64,000 nt of DNA, from NCBI GenBank assembly GCA_946965045.2, contig OX337228.1:6386001-6450000 (forward strand), given 5' to 3'. Origin of the DNA: Epithemia pelagica (taxonomy: Eukaryota > Protista > Bacillariophyta). Shown piece by piece: positions 9,782 to 21,451 of this stretch (position 1 is its first letter; every line of letters starts with the position of its first letter). The notes beneath the pieces are model-generated. The model was not told where the DNA came from. It searched no databases and was given only the letters and a program-made list of their open reading frames with translations. Position numbers and translations under genes: made by a program.

Positions 9782-10385
9782 CTTGGCCGCCACAGCAGCC
9801 ATTTGGGGTATTATTCATTGCCTCTTTATCAATCGTGAAGAGTACACACAAAGCTAAGAGTACGACGATAGAACTGAGGTGGAGCACGGGTTCCATTTAA
9901 CATATTAGAGTATAGGCAAACTCATCATTTCGGTCTCGTTCCTTAGTCTCATTGACGATCATATTAGCTCTCTCTCTCTAGCTCTAGCTAGAGGGGTAGC
10001 TACTCCAACAGATATTATGCGGTCGACCTATGGCTATGGCACGTCGGTCCGGTGGAAGGGCTCGCGTGATATGTTATTGTTAGCCAAAGTGTACATGCAC
10101 TCGAACAACACAACAACCAGCGAAACGCTCGAATACATGCGCAACCCAGCAACATATCGATCTCCTTCTGCAGACGAATACGAATGATCTGTCGATCGTT
10201 CGAACTTGGAGAGCAAGCAAAGACAAAACATATATTTCTATTGACAAAGAAAAATAGTCTTTTATACAGCTGTCACACAGGCGATCGAGTGAATCAAGGG
10301 GAAAAGCCACGATCAGTCATCTCAACTGGGTGCCTTCTGCTATAGAACTTCGCGATACACAATCATCAGGCAATACCAAAACAAA

Positions 10386-13300
10386 ATGCCGAGTTCTTCG
10401 AGAAATGGGAACGCTTCCAAGTCTTCCTCCGTAGCAAGCAACATGAATGGGCCGCCAGTTCCGCCCTCTGTCCCTACAGGTGGAGCGTCACGACCAACGG
10501 CGATGACAACTAGCAGTGAGAACACAGAGGATATTTCGGTTGGAGCCAAACAACTCGCCACCGAACTAGCAGAGTTTCTCATGGGCCACCCCGAGTTACA
10601 AGTCGAATCATCTTCCACTTCTCCAGTTGTCCTCCTTGCCGACATGTCGAAAGGGCCCACCAGCTCGACTGCGATTGGTGATTTGCAGCTCGCCGTATGT
10701 CGGAAACTTCGAGAGCTATTGCCACACAGCAAAGATCTGTTGTACACTGTGCAACAACGACACTGGATTCCAGTCCTTTTAAGTTGGTTGAATTTGCGAG
10801 ATCGTCCTGCTGTCCAGGTGGAAGCTTTACTGGCGCTAACGAATATCGCAGAACTCTGCGCACAACAACAAATTTGTTTTCCTCCCAACACAGCGAGCAC
10901 CACAAGTGTCGTGAAAGCTGCAAAAGCAGCAGTATCGGCCGTTCAAGGGAATTCTTGGAACGATGCTATGGAAGCCGCTCAAAAGTATGCGGCTGCAGCG
11001 GCAGGAAGTCAAGCAGCGTACGCAGCAGCCGCTGCAGCAGCCACTCCTACCTCGACCTACAACGCCCCTGGTTCTGTCCCCTTTCCTCCCTTAAGCTTTT
11101 CCGAAACCTTGTCTCCAGATGCTGTAGCTGCGCTCGATGCTAGTTTGACGCAAACTCTGAACAGTCTTGGAAATTCAAGCAGTGCCACAACCAATCCCAA
11201 CTGGTCGTTGCCTCCGGCACCACTGTTTCCCTGTTCAAACCCAGTTGCACCCAATTCGGCTCTGACCACCGGAAACGCTGGGTCTCTCGTTCCCAACCCT
11301 GCCATATCTGGGGGAATAAACTTTACTAGTTTAGCGCCTCCACCCGGTGGTGCTCATACGAGTGTTCCCAGCAACGCGTTCTTGCCTCCTCCCACACCGG
11401 TTGCCACTTTTGGAGCAGGGGCCCAACTGTCCAATGGACTTTCGTTCCCACAGCAGTTGTCTGCATCCTCACAGCACTTGTTGCTGCGTCATCAAGATGC
11501 GATTCCGACTCTTATTTCGCTCCTCAATAGCAATAACAGAGAAATCTATGAACAGGCTTGCTGGATCCTTGGAAGTATAGCTGCAGGGGATTCTCCAGGA
11601 GCAGCTACTGCTGCAGCTGCAGCCGCTGCATCGTCGAATTCTCCCAGCACTGCAGCAGCGGCTGCCGCAGCGGCTGCAGCCGCGGCCTCTGGAGGAGCTG
11701 CCGGTGCCTTTGAAAAGTCTGTCTCGGCTCGCGATGTCATTATTGCAGCAGGTGTTATGGGTCACTTGTTACAATGTCTAGAAGCCCATCCTTCGAATCT
11801 ATCGCTGCAGCGAATTGGGGCGTGGACTCTTTCGAATCTTGTGGATGGTATTTTCCAGCAATCAAGTCACAAGAGCAATAGTGGTTCGAGCACAGGGAGT
11901 AGTGCCGTGAACGGCGCAACAGGAAGTGGTGGTCATCATCATCACCATCACAACCATGGTTTCACGCCGCATAGTAATATCAACAACGGCCATTCTTCAT
12001 CAAAACAGCATTCTTCAGAATATTCGAGCGCTGATGAAATTGATATGAGAACATTGCTACCCGTCCTCCGGCGTTTGCTGCGATCCGCAGATTCGGAGGT
12101 GCTCAGTTATACCTGTTGGACTTTGTCACACTTGTGCGATGGTCCTGCGTCGCATATTGCGGCTGTCGTCAGTACCCCGCCAAACATGAAAAACTCAAAA
12201 CATGGAGGACTTGTTCCGCGGTTGGTGGAGTTGCTTACTCATTTAAGCTGGAGAGTGACAAAACCTGCACTACGTACCATTGGAAACATTGTATGCGCCG
12301 AATGTACCGATGACACTGCGGCCGCTGCGGCTAGTTTGAATGGTGGAACAACAACTGATTATACGGAGATAATATTGGAGTGTAATGCAGTTCCACGTTT
12401 AAAGGAACTTGTGACTCATTCCAATCGAGAGATTCAAAAGGAGGCATGTTGGACGCTATCCAACATTGCTGCAGGAACTGTGGATCAAATTCAGGCAGTA
12501 ATTGATGCCGGCTGCATCCCACCGCTAGTTAAGTTGGTGCAAGACGAAAGGACGGACCAGGAAGTTCGAAGCGAAGCTTGTTGGGTCGTTTTAAATGCGA
12601 CTTCGTGTGGAAGTGACTCTCAAATTGAAGGATTGGTTGACGAAGGTTGCGTGGCGGTTTTAGCAGTACTTTTGAGCGAGCCTTCTATGGCACTCATGGC
12701 ATTAGAGGGGCTTGAACGTGTCTTGCAAGTAGAGGAGACACGTGAGATTATTCGTCGAGAACAAATCGACAGCGGAGAATTGGACGAAGACGACGACACT
12801 GTATCGAGAACACCAACATTGGTCAGTGCTGGGTTAATCGAGAAAGCCCGAGACGGCCACAATAATTCCGCGGTATCAAAAAGAGCAGACAGGATTTGGA
12901 AGCAACACTTTGTCTCCTGTGCGCTGTGTCACGAATCATTCTCTCGGCATCGCCCATGCGATGCCTCCTTTTGTGAAGAGTGCAAATGTCATGTCTGTAG
13001 CAACTGCAACTGTCGGGTTTATCATTTGGATTATCAAGAGGAGCTATGGGCAGCAACGGAGGAACGCGCTGAGGTTAAAAAGAATGCCAAGAAGTCTAAG
13101 AATAAGAAGAAAAAGGAGAAGCTGAAGCAGAAACGGGCGAAACAGCAACAGGACACCAACACCGTAGAAGTGTCGGGTAGTGCGCAGCAACAGACTGGGC
13201 TAGAAAAAGTCAACGAGAAAACATCATTACAGCAATCGTCTTCTAAAACACCCAAGATCGAGGACAAGGCGGTCGTGAAGGTTCCACAGGACAGTGTAGT

Positions 13301-13589
13301 TTATCAACAAGCAAAGAAGACGACTTCACCGCGCAATTCCTTTGACGACTACGATGTTGAGGACGCGGATGGAGTTGCGGTTGAACCCGACAATGAGTCT
13401 CAGAGCAACCAAATTGATTTGGTTTTATACTTGCAACAGACAGGAAGTATCATCGCCTTATCGAAGTTAATGGATGCTTTGGAGTTTGGCGGGGATGACT
13501 ATGACGAAGAATTGGACGATTACGAGCGTAGAATGATTCGTGAACAACAACAGCTATTACGCCAACAACCTACAATGCAACAGCAATAA
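10386..13589 (+). CDS. Importin-alpha-like armadillo-repeat protein with low-complexity inserts and a C-terminal Cys-rich module
   Basis: ARM repeats typical of importin alpha (EQACWILGSIA, CWTLSHLCDG, PALRTIGNIV, IQKEACWTLSNIAAG, RSEACWV). No IBB domain visible. Confidence 0.85.
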   Translation: MPSSSRNGNASKSSSVASNMNGPPVPPSVPTGGASRPTAMTTSSENTEDISVGAKQLATELAEFLMGHPELQVESSSTSPVVLLADMSKGPTSSTAIGDLQLAVCRKLRELLPHSKDLLYTVQQRHWIPVLLSWLNLRDRPAVQVEALLALTNIAELCAQQQICFPPNTASTTSVVKAAKAAVSAVQGNSWNDAMEAAQKYAAAAAGSQAAYAAAAAAATPTSTYNAPGSVPFPPLSFSETLSPDAVAALDASLTQTLNSLGNSSSATTNPNWSLPPAPLFPCSNPVAPNSALTTGNAGSLVPNPAISGGINFTSLAPPPGGAHTSVPSNAFLPPPTPVATFGAGAQLSNGLSFPQQLSASSQHLLLRHQDAIPTLISLLNSNNREIYEQACWILGSIAAGDSPGAATAAAAAAASSNSPSTAAAAAAAAAAAASGGAAGAFEKSVSARDVIIAAGVMGHLLQCLEAHPSNLSLQRIGAWTLSNLVDGIFQQSSHKSNSGSSTGSSAVNGATGSGGHHHHHHNHGFTPHSNINNGHSSSKQHSSEYSSADEIDMRTLLPVLRRLLRSADSEVLSYTCWTLSHLCDGPASHIAAVVSTPPNMKNSKHGGLVPRLVELLTHLSWRVTKPALRTIGNIVCAECTDDTAAAAASLNGGTTTDYTEIILECNAVPRLKELVTHSNREIQKEACWTLSNIAAGTVDQIQAVIDAGCIPPLVKLVQDERTDQEVRSEACWVVLNATSCGSDSQIEGLVDEGCVAVLAVLLSEPSMALMALEGLERVLQVEETREIIRREQIDSGELDEDDDTVSRTPTLVSAGLIEKARDGHNNSAVSKRADRIWKQHFVSCALCHESFSRHRPCDASFCEECKCHVCSNCNCRVYHLDYQEELWAATEERAEVKKNAKKSKNKKKKEKLKQKRAKQQQDTNTVEVSGSAQQQTGLEKVNEKTSLQQSSSKTPKIEDKAVVKVPQDSVVYQQAKKTTSPRNSFDDYDVEDADGVAVEPDNESQSNQIDLVLYLQQTGSIIALSKLMDALEFGGDDYDEELDDYERRMIREQQQLLRQQPTMQQQ

Positions 13590-13840
13590 AGTATTGATAG
13601 TCTTACCTCCTATGCCTTATCTTTGTTCTCGTATCTATCGGGGTAGACAAAATACTGTCGTTCTGAGCGGCATGCTAGAATACAATTGGAAGTCTTTGCC
13701 TACTCCGAGTCCAGATGACGGTGCAGAAAATCCCATTCCACCATTTACTAGGCCACAGTTGATTTAGACCTTTTCACGATCCAAGAATACATCTACAAGT
13801 AATAGTACATCCAAAGGATCTGTAGCCAAAATAGCAAGTG

Positions 13841-14297
13841 TCATCTCTTCTTGAATCCATATTTCTTCCTTTCGTAAAAGAGATCAGTCTTCGTCGCACC
13901 GAGGTTGACAATCTTGGGACATCCATCACGGTCCTTTCCCAGTTGAACACATTCTCGACAATAATACGCGTCTGTGACCCCTGGATTTCCACAAATCACA
14001 CACCGACCTTCATGACTTCCATAGTTACATTCATCACAAATGTACACCAACTTGTCGGGATTCACAAAAGAATTGCAAACACAGCAAAGTCCGTCACCTG
14101 GGAGACGTATAATGAGATTGAACACGTTAGATCGAGCACGAACTGGCAAGCATACACGGATACTGCTAGAAACCCTCCTCAACCCATGTTGCAAGAGGTC
14201 TATCTCCGACGTGCGACATACATTTCTCACAAAGACGGCCAATCGCAACTCCAGGTTGCTTCCGACACATAACCAAGTCCGGGTGGTGCTTCGCCAT
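13841..14297 (-). CDS. PHF5A: PHF5A/Rds3 U2 snRNP (SF3b) zinc-finger protein; exons 14222-14297 and 13841-14097
   Basis: Spliced product [28 protein letters not shown]...[20 protein letters not shown]...CAG intron at 14098-14221. Confidence 0.97.
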
Positions 14298-14598
14298 CTT
14301 CACAAACTAACAACCCACGAGGACAAGAACAAACTGTTTCACAATGGTGACCTTTGTCAGTGGATGCCCTCGACACACAAAGAAGTTCCACAAGCGCGAC
14401 CCATGTGTTTTCAATCAGTCGCATTTCGGCGCTCATTTTCAAAATCGCGCTGTTCTATGAGAGTCATGTGTATTCCGTATTCCTCTACTCGAACAATAAA
14501 TTAACCGATTATGCCACCTACCACCAGGCTGGGACGTAACAATCTAGATGAGATATGCTCCTGCAGTTTCCCTTGTCAAGTCTGCTTTATTTTTCCTT

Positions 14599-15294
14599 TC
14601 AGAGTTCCGTGTTGAGTCGGCGTCGTTTCTCAACGCCTTCGCGCAAATTGTCAATGACAGCTTTCCTGTCCTCTGAGCCAAATATTGCCGAGGCGGCCAC
14701 AATTGCGTTCGCACCAGCTTCTGCTGCTTCGTCAATGGTTGAAGGGCTCAGTCCACCGTCTACTTGAATATCTAAATCAGGATACTTTTGTCGAAGTTCT
14801 TTCACCTTGCCCATCATATCCGGCATGAACTTTTGACCAGAAAATCCAGGCTCCACGGTCATTATCAATACAAGATCAATATCGCTGATATATGGAAACA
14901 AGCTTTCTGCTGGTGTTTTTGGCTTGATCACCATACCTACTTTCATTCTAGCATCTCGGACCATCTTGATCATTCCGGGAACGCCGCCTTCAGGCATCTC
15001 ACTTTCCAAGTGAAAAGTAAAGCCGCTTGCACCAGCCTTTTTCAATGGCTCTACCCATTTCGATGGTTCCGAAACCATTAAATGGCAATCAATGAACGCG
15101 TCTGGTTGAGCTTTCCGAAGCGAAGCAATCACCGGTGGCCCAAATGTTAGGTTAGGCACAAAGTGGCCATCCATGATATCCATATGGAGCCAATCGGCTC
15201 CCATCTCAAGCATCTGTGTCGCATCGTCATTCAAGCGAGCTAGATCACAGGACAGAAGAGAAGGACAAATGAACGTTCGCCGACCAGTCTTCAT
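14599..15294 (-). CDS. RPE: Ribulose-phosphate 3-epimerase, no targeting presequence
   Basis: PSLLSCD, LHMDIMDGHFVPNLTFG, DCHLMV, MTVEPGFSGQKF and IQVDGG motifs. Confidence 0.96.
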   Translation of the reverse strand: MKTGRRTFICPSLLSCDLARLNDDATQMLEMGADWLHMDIMDGHFVPNLTFGPPVIASLRKAQPDAFIDCHLMVSEPSKWVEPLKKAGASGFTFHLESEMPEGGVPGMIKMVRDARMKVGMVIKPKTPAESLFPYISDIDLVLIMTVEPGFSGQKFMPDMMGKVKELRQKYPDLDIQVDGGLSPSTIDEAAEAGANAIVAASAIFGSEDRKAVIDNLREGVEKRRRLNTEL

Positions 15295-16285
15295 GGTGAC
15301 GAATCTCGAATCTCGCAGCAAGTCGGATCTTTATTGCTTTTTAATTTTTGGAAAGATCTTGAGGGATGGGGAGTCTGGACGTCGTCCGGTGTAAATGGAA
15401 AAGACCAGACTGACATCGACACTTCAACTGACACACCAGACCGACATCGATATCATCTCGCAGCAAATCGTTGGCAAAAAAATATCGAGAAACCCAAAAG
15501 TCAAGCAACGAGGTTGTCTTCCTTTATATCGACAAGAATGTTGGGAAACAAATTATTACGACATCATGGACATCTCAGGAAATCATTGTATGCGCGGTAT
15601 CAGGTATGAATAATCAACTACGTTTGTTGGGGAGTGAATGAGATTCGTGGGGCAAATGATCGGGGGCAATCGACATTATTTTTCTAAGCTTCTCCCTCTC
15701 TCCTCCTTACGTCTTAATTGTCTCATCACAGTCGGGAACAACTACGCCTGTAGTATCACGGGGAGCTGGAATTGGAGAGCGGTTGAGCAGTTTTGCTGTG
15801 GGAGCAGGATTAACGGCCTTGGTAACTCAGTACTATATCTACGAGGAAGTCCGGTCGGGGAACCAGATCATGTTACAAAAGCAGCTCGATCTGGAGACTC
15901 GGTTGTCTAAGCTCGAAAAATAGCTCATGTCCAGGATTTGTTTCACAAGAGATAAAGGCTATCTCTTGTCATGAGACCGAATGGAACGCAACGTTCCCTC
16001 CGACCTCCAACGTCATATTGCTGACGCGATAGACTACAGGAACGTTCACTGACCACACTATACTTATTAGATCGGTTGTATCTATTTTTGTGTTCTGTGT
16101 AGCCAAAGATTCGTGTGGTCCACAGGATTCTTCTATGAATGGGATACATTGACTCCTACCAAAGAACTTGTGTCCATGCTTGTTATGCCTTTGGATCACC
16201 AATAGTTGACATCCTGGCTGAAACCCACATTTATTCATTGCGCACAAAGCAAAACATGAAAGGACTTGCATAGTTGGATCTCGAA

Positions 16286-17943
16286 ATGGAATCCTCACAG
16301 CAGCGACATTACGTTCGCGGAAGCGAAGATCAAAGAACATCGCGTCGACCAGACGATTCAAGGGAGCATCATCATGTCCATTTTGGGGACGACGGAGCGT
16401 CTCCACAAACTCCCCTTTCTCATTTGATGGGCTTCGTCACAGGGATGTTGGCGTTTGTTTGTATCTGTGGTCTTTTGACGCTTCTCTTCATACTTTACTT
16501 TACGGTCAGACCGTTTTCTGTTTCGGCATATCGTCGACTGTCGGCTCAGCTCGGCCTGGCTTGTATACTGGATGCGATGGTGATCCTTTTGCCGACCAGT
16601 AAAATTTATCTCACGGGTGATTCAGATATACCAAGTCCAGTTGGCACATCAATTGTTGTCTGTAATCATCTCTGTGATGCAGATTGGTGGGTGCTGTTTA
16701 TGTTGGGACGAAGTGTTGGGTTGCAAGGAACAATGAAAGCGTTTCTTCGCAATGAATATCTTCACGTGAATGTGGAAAACAATCAATCAGAGCAATCGAC
16801 GGCGAGAACGACGTCTGCCGTTGTTCCTTCAGCCTCGACACCCCGCGTATCCTCCATGAATCGGAATGAAAACGGGGCGACCACTGGCCATCGAACTACC
16901 CACACAAAGGGTCAAGCATCTCCTGATCTTTCTCTGGCGGCAAGGCTTCTCCATTTGCTTTTGGACTTTCCTCTGGTAAATGGTGAGGATTATATCGCGG
17001 ATCGCGAGCATTTGTTTCGGCTCCTTCGCTCGTTTGCCCCACCTGGTGGATCGGGAGCGCCAGTGCACTTTGTCTCCTTCCCAGAGGGGTGGTGTTTACA
17101 CAGTGGAGTAAACCGACAATCAATTTTAGCAAAGAGCAACGAGTTTGCCCAAAAAGAAGGTCGGCAACAACTCAAACATTTGCTGCTACCGCGTACTCGT
17201 GGTTTCAGTGCAAGTTTAGAGTGTCTGCGTGAGTCGAATCCTGTTGTGTATGATGTGACAATGGTATGTTGAGAGGACGACATGGAATGAAAGTGTGTCC
17301 GTGTTTTGTACTTCATGGATGCGAGAGCTTGAACATATAGCAACTTGCTCACACTCACGTCTTTTTTCAGGCGTACGCTGGCTATGACGGCTCCCTCCCA
17401 CCCTCTGAACCTCTGTCTTTATGGAGACTGTGGTACATTGTGCGAAGAAAACTTCCTTCCGAAGTTTATGTTCGAGTGAAACGCTTCAGCTTGGAGGAGG
17501 TGTTGCAGGATTCATCGTGGCTTGATAAACAATGGCAAGAAAAAGACAGATTGTTGAGTCATTTCGCCAGGCGTGGCGCTTTCCCCGCAGACAGTCGGGG
17601 CTTTCGTCGTCACCATATCTTTGACACTTGGAGTCATTCTCTTGAAAACTCATTGGTTGCGCTTGCGAGACTACTCATGCTTCCTTGCGTAGTTCCTTTT
17701 TTGTTTCTCCTATCAATCCCAATATTTTGGGCCCTGCTCTGTATTTGGATTCTGAGCAGCATCTTTCAACGCGTGTTTCCAGGTTACGAGCATGCAGCAC
17801 TGAGCGGTGATGTCAACGAAAGCTTTGATGGTAACTTGCAGAGTCAAACACCTGGTAGTGGGGCCAGTGGTCGGACACCATTTGTTCCTGCCACTCCTTT
17901 TGCTTCGCCGACGCTCCACTCTTTCTTTTCAAAGAGAGACTAG
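16286..17943 (+). CDS. Lysophospholipid acyltransferase (AGPAT3/4-LCLAT-like); exons 16286-17263 and 17371-17943
   Basis: NHxxxxD (NHLCDAD), FPEG, LLLPRTRGF and VYDVT motifs. GTATGT...CAG intron at 17264-17370 restores the frame. Confidence 0.9.
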
Positions 17944-17977
17944 ACACAATGTAAAGATATTTTCCTTCTACAATATC

Positions 17978-19291
17978 TCATCCTTGTCGACTTTGATCAA
18001 CTGTTGATCTACTTTCCTTTTCGGCTTGTGTGAGCAGCCGACCTTCCGCCATTTTTTCCTTGCGTTCACTATATCTGTTGGTGAGTTCGTCGGCATTTGG
18101 TCCTCGCAGTAACGCAGTGAACTTTGCAAACTCCTCTGCACAATCCACCACTCGTTCTCGAAAACTGGATTCTTTCATCCGTCCGTCGTCTCCAAATTCT
18201 TTCCATGCCTTGGCAACTGCACTTTGGTTGGTACAGCAAGGCATGCGCATCCATCGTGCAAGGATCCGCAGGAAATTTACAGCATTAAATGACTGAGAGC
18301 CCCCATTTACCTGAGCAACCAGGCACGTCTTTCCCTGAGTGGGTCTGACCGATCCAGTATTCAGAGGTATCCAATCAATCTGGTTCTTGAAAGTACCGGT
18401 AACAGTCCCTGTCGATACAAATTTTCTTTTAGAAACGCGAATGGAAAAGAAAACGAGATCATGATGGTTTTCCCCAACGTACCATGCATCTCGGGGCTAA
18501 CCCAAACATGTCCATCGGACCATTGTGTCAAGGCGCGGAGTTCTTGCACTGATAAAAGAATGAAATCCAAAGAAAAGAATGTGAGGAAAGAACGACATCT
18601 GGAGCTATCCGTCAAGAAGGATAGAAACAGATGGTGGTGGTGATGGTACGTTCGAAAACATACCTTTGATGTTGTCTTCCAAGGCTGGATCACGTACGGG
18701 AAGGCCGCGTGGATTGTAAACACGTACGTCACATTCCAGAAGCTCCAACAGCCGGGCAAACTCATACGCAAGCTTTCGACTGTACGATTGTTCTCGAAGA
18801 GATCCATACAAAACATGTATTCGTGGACTTCTGCCGATGGGCATTTTTGTGTAATCGAACTTGGTGATCATTTCCGTTATTTCATTGACGATCCAATCCT
18901 TGGGTGTTTCGACCCCATCCATGGGTTGAGTAGCAAAGAGATGAGCCTTCCATCCTCCAACAAACGTCTCAGGGTCAGCTTCCGTGGAGTATCCTGGGTG
19001 ATTCAAGTCGGCAAACGCATCTGGGTCAGCGTATGTCCACAGAGTCTTTTCTTCCTCATTATCCAAGTCCATGATTTCCGAAAGGGGATCACTCAAGGTC
19101 GCCGTCGTCGATTTTCGTTGCAGCAATGACGAATCGACCGCGTTCTTGCTTGTAGGGGGAGTTGGACCTCCTGATAATGAGCTAACTCCAAATCCGTTGG
19201 CTTGAACAAGGCCACTCTGCTTCCTCAAGGTTCCGGTTGCAGAAGAAACGATAAGCACAATGCAAAAGTCTCGCCAATGCCGCCGAACCAT
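17978..19291 (-). CDS. arsH: ArsH-family NADPH-dependent FMN reductase with N-terminal extension; exons 18664-19291, 18483-18548, 17978-18408
   Basis: Spliced protein contains [61 protein letters not shown] and YSER. Two canonical phase-1 introns. Confidence 0.92.
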
Positions 19292-19498
19292 AGAGATAGC
19301 TTCATTGATTCAACAACATGAATGAGACGGCTTGGAAGATTCATTTCCCCCATCATTGACATACAAAAATGCGATTATTGCCTCGTGACCTATGAGCGAC
19401 CATTATGCGACCTACAATATTTACAGAGATTGCGAAAACACAGTGTCAGTAGCTTGACAATTGACCCATGTCAAATGTCAAAGGAGGAGCAAATAGGA

Positions 19499-20407
19499 CT
19501 ATGATATCCGAAGCTGCTCTGCGGCAGTTGTCTTCATGGAAGATTTCAATTTCTTTCCAAGTTCTGCTTTCACGGCTTCCAAAATTTGAGCGTCGTCGCT
19601 ACCACCGGACGATTTACAGACATCCGCCCGGATTCCATCGACAACTTGGTCAAACAACTCCACTTCGACTCCAAGCTCCTCCATGACATTCCGTAATCGA
19701 TCCAAGACGGGGGCTGCTGTGGCCCCTCCAGCAGCTTGTGTCTTGTTAAAGTCGTCAATACTTTTGAGCTTTTCCCCTCCAAACAATTGCTCTCGAAGAT
19801 CTGTCCCACCAAGAAACATCTTTTGTTGGTCTGATGCATCTTTCTCTTCTGTACAAGGGATCCCTGTTTGACATCCAGGTATTGCTTGAAAGGTCTCCCA
19901 ATCGTACGCTTTCTTTTGGGGACAACAGCTCCAGAATTTTGCCGTCTCGTGAAAGACAGGAGGAGATTTATGATAGACACATTCTGGGTAGGGTCCGCCT
20001 TTGGGGAATCTCTTGTTGCAACCAAAACGGGTACAAACGACCGTCGACTCCAACAGCTTTTGCTTTTCTTTTCGTTCCGCATCGGCCTTGGCCTTTTCCG
20101 CCGCGAGACTGACAGCCGCACCATGTTGAACGTAAACGTCGGCATAATCCGTGATTACCTCCACAACTACCGCATCAGACGGCAAAGCAACCATTTGCGA
20201 ATTTCCATCCACCGTTTTGCGAATGGCCAAATGCATTTCGGCTGGATTCAGCGTGTTTTGATTCTTAAAGGAGGCATTGTAGGTTTCCACGAATTGATCC
20301 AGAATCTTTTGCGTTGGCCCCGTCTTCCACTTCTTGGGCAACGTGATTTTCAACGACTTGTAAAGATCCATATTCTCATTGTCTTCGTAATGCAACAACA
20401 CCTTCAT
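19499..20407 (-). CDS. Single-CHORD zinc-binding protein with an N-terminal ubiquitin-like-looking domain
   Basis: CTRFGC..F..C.YHKSPPVFHETAKFWSCC..F..IPGC is a CHORD signature. Confidence 0.85.
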   Translation of the reverse strand: MKVLLHYEDNENMDLYKSLKITLPKKWKTGPTQKILDQFVETYNASFKNQNTLNPAEMHLAIRKTVDGNSQMVALPSDAVVVEVITDYADVYVQHGAAVSLAAEKAKADAERKEKQKLLESTVVCTRFGCNKRFPKGGPYPECVYHKSPPVFHETAKFWSCCPQKKAYDWETFQAIPGCQTGIPCTEEKDASDQQKMFLGGTDLREQLFGGEKLKSIDDFNKTQAAGGATAAPVLDRLRNVMEELGVEVELFDQVVDGIRADVCKSSGGSDDAQILEAVKAELGKKLKSSMKTTAAEQLRIS

Positions 20408-20685
20408 CTTGCCAACGCGTTCTGCGATTTCTTCCAAATGTATTCAATAGACCTGGAGTATGCTGACGAGAAAGATGAGGTCTCTTCGTCACAGGTCTTC
20501 GTTCTGTCGAAAGTTGTCGAAAAATCTTAAATGACTGCCCTGGCACGGCGGGCGTGGGCGACCCTTCCTGGATCTGCCGGCGCATCATGAAAAGCGCATG
20601 GGGAGCAGTCCATTCCCACAAACAATTCCCACTTCAATTGCGCCTCTCGCCGCGAGGTCTACAGCCAATGAGACAGGAATGACAG

Positions 20686-21303
20686 ATGACAGAGCGAGAA
20701 GACGCACACAAGAATCCCGAATCTGCTGGTACTTCAGTCGGGATGAACCCTGACTCTTCATCGTGTTACATAGCCCCACCTCCACCTTGCAACAGCAGCA
20801 GTAGTCCATATTCCACTATCCCTCCCGGTTGGGCGACCGCAGCCGATCCCAAGGATGGACGCCTCTACTACATTGAGCAGTCGACTGGTCGAACATCATG
20901 GACTCATCCAAACGCTCCTTCTCCTCAACCGTCTTATCCTTCGAACCGCAATGGAGTAATGACACCAAACTATTACGAGAATATAGATCCAACAATGATG
21001 GTCCATGCCGATCACAATCCTCGCTGGGCGCATCGCCGTCCCGACAATCATCAATGTTCGGCGGTCGCTGCATTCATTCTATGTTTTCCCTTGGGTGTCT
21101 TTGCCTTGTATCATTCATGGCAAACCGATGAGGCATGGAAACAGGGCCGATATGGGGATGCCATTGTTCACGCGCGTCAAACACCGCAATACGCGAGTTG
21201 GGGTATTGCCATTGGATCCATTTTTTGGATTCTGTGGTTCTTCTTCAAAAGAGGCAATGACGAATGGGAGTGGCCGGAATTGGGCAATCTGTTTAATGAT
21301 TAA
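20686..21303 (+). CDS. WW domain + CD225/dispanin-like membrane protein
   Basis: PPGW..DGRLYY..TGRTSWTHP (WW), then hydrophobic AFILCFPLGVFALYHS..GRYGDA..AR..WGIAIG (CD225-like). Confidence 0.8.
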   Translation: MTEREDAHKNPESAGTSVGMNPDSSSCYIAPPPPCNSSSSPYSTIPPGWATAADPKDGRLYYIEQSTGRTSWTHPNAPSPQPSYPSNRNGVMTPNYYENIDPTMMVHADHNPRWAHRRPDNHQCSAVAAFILCFPLGVFALYHSWQTDEAWKQGRYGDAIVHARQTPQYASWGIAIGSIFWILWFFFKRGNDEWEWPELGNLFND

Positions 21304-21451
21304 CATACAGTGATGTTCCTACTCAACTGGTATGTTTCTTTGAAATGAAAGAAGAAGGAAAACATTGCTTCTACTCGCACAATTATATTGTTTGAAGACA
21401 GTATTTGTAAAGAAGTTTATCATAAAATTTTGTATCCCTCCGATAAACGCT

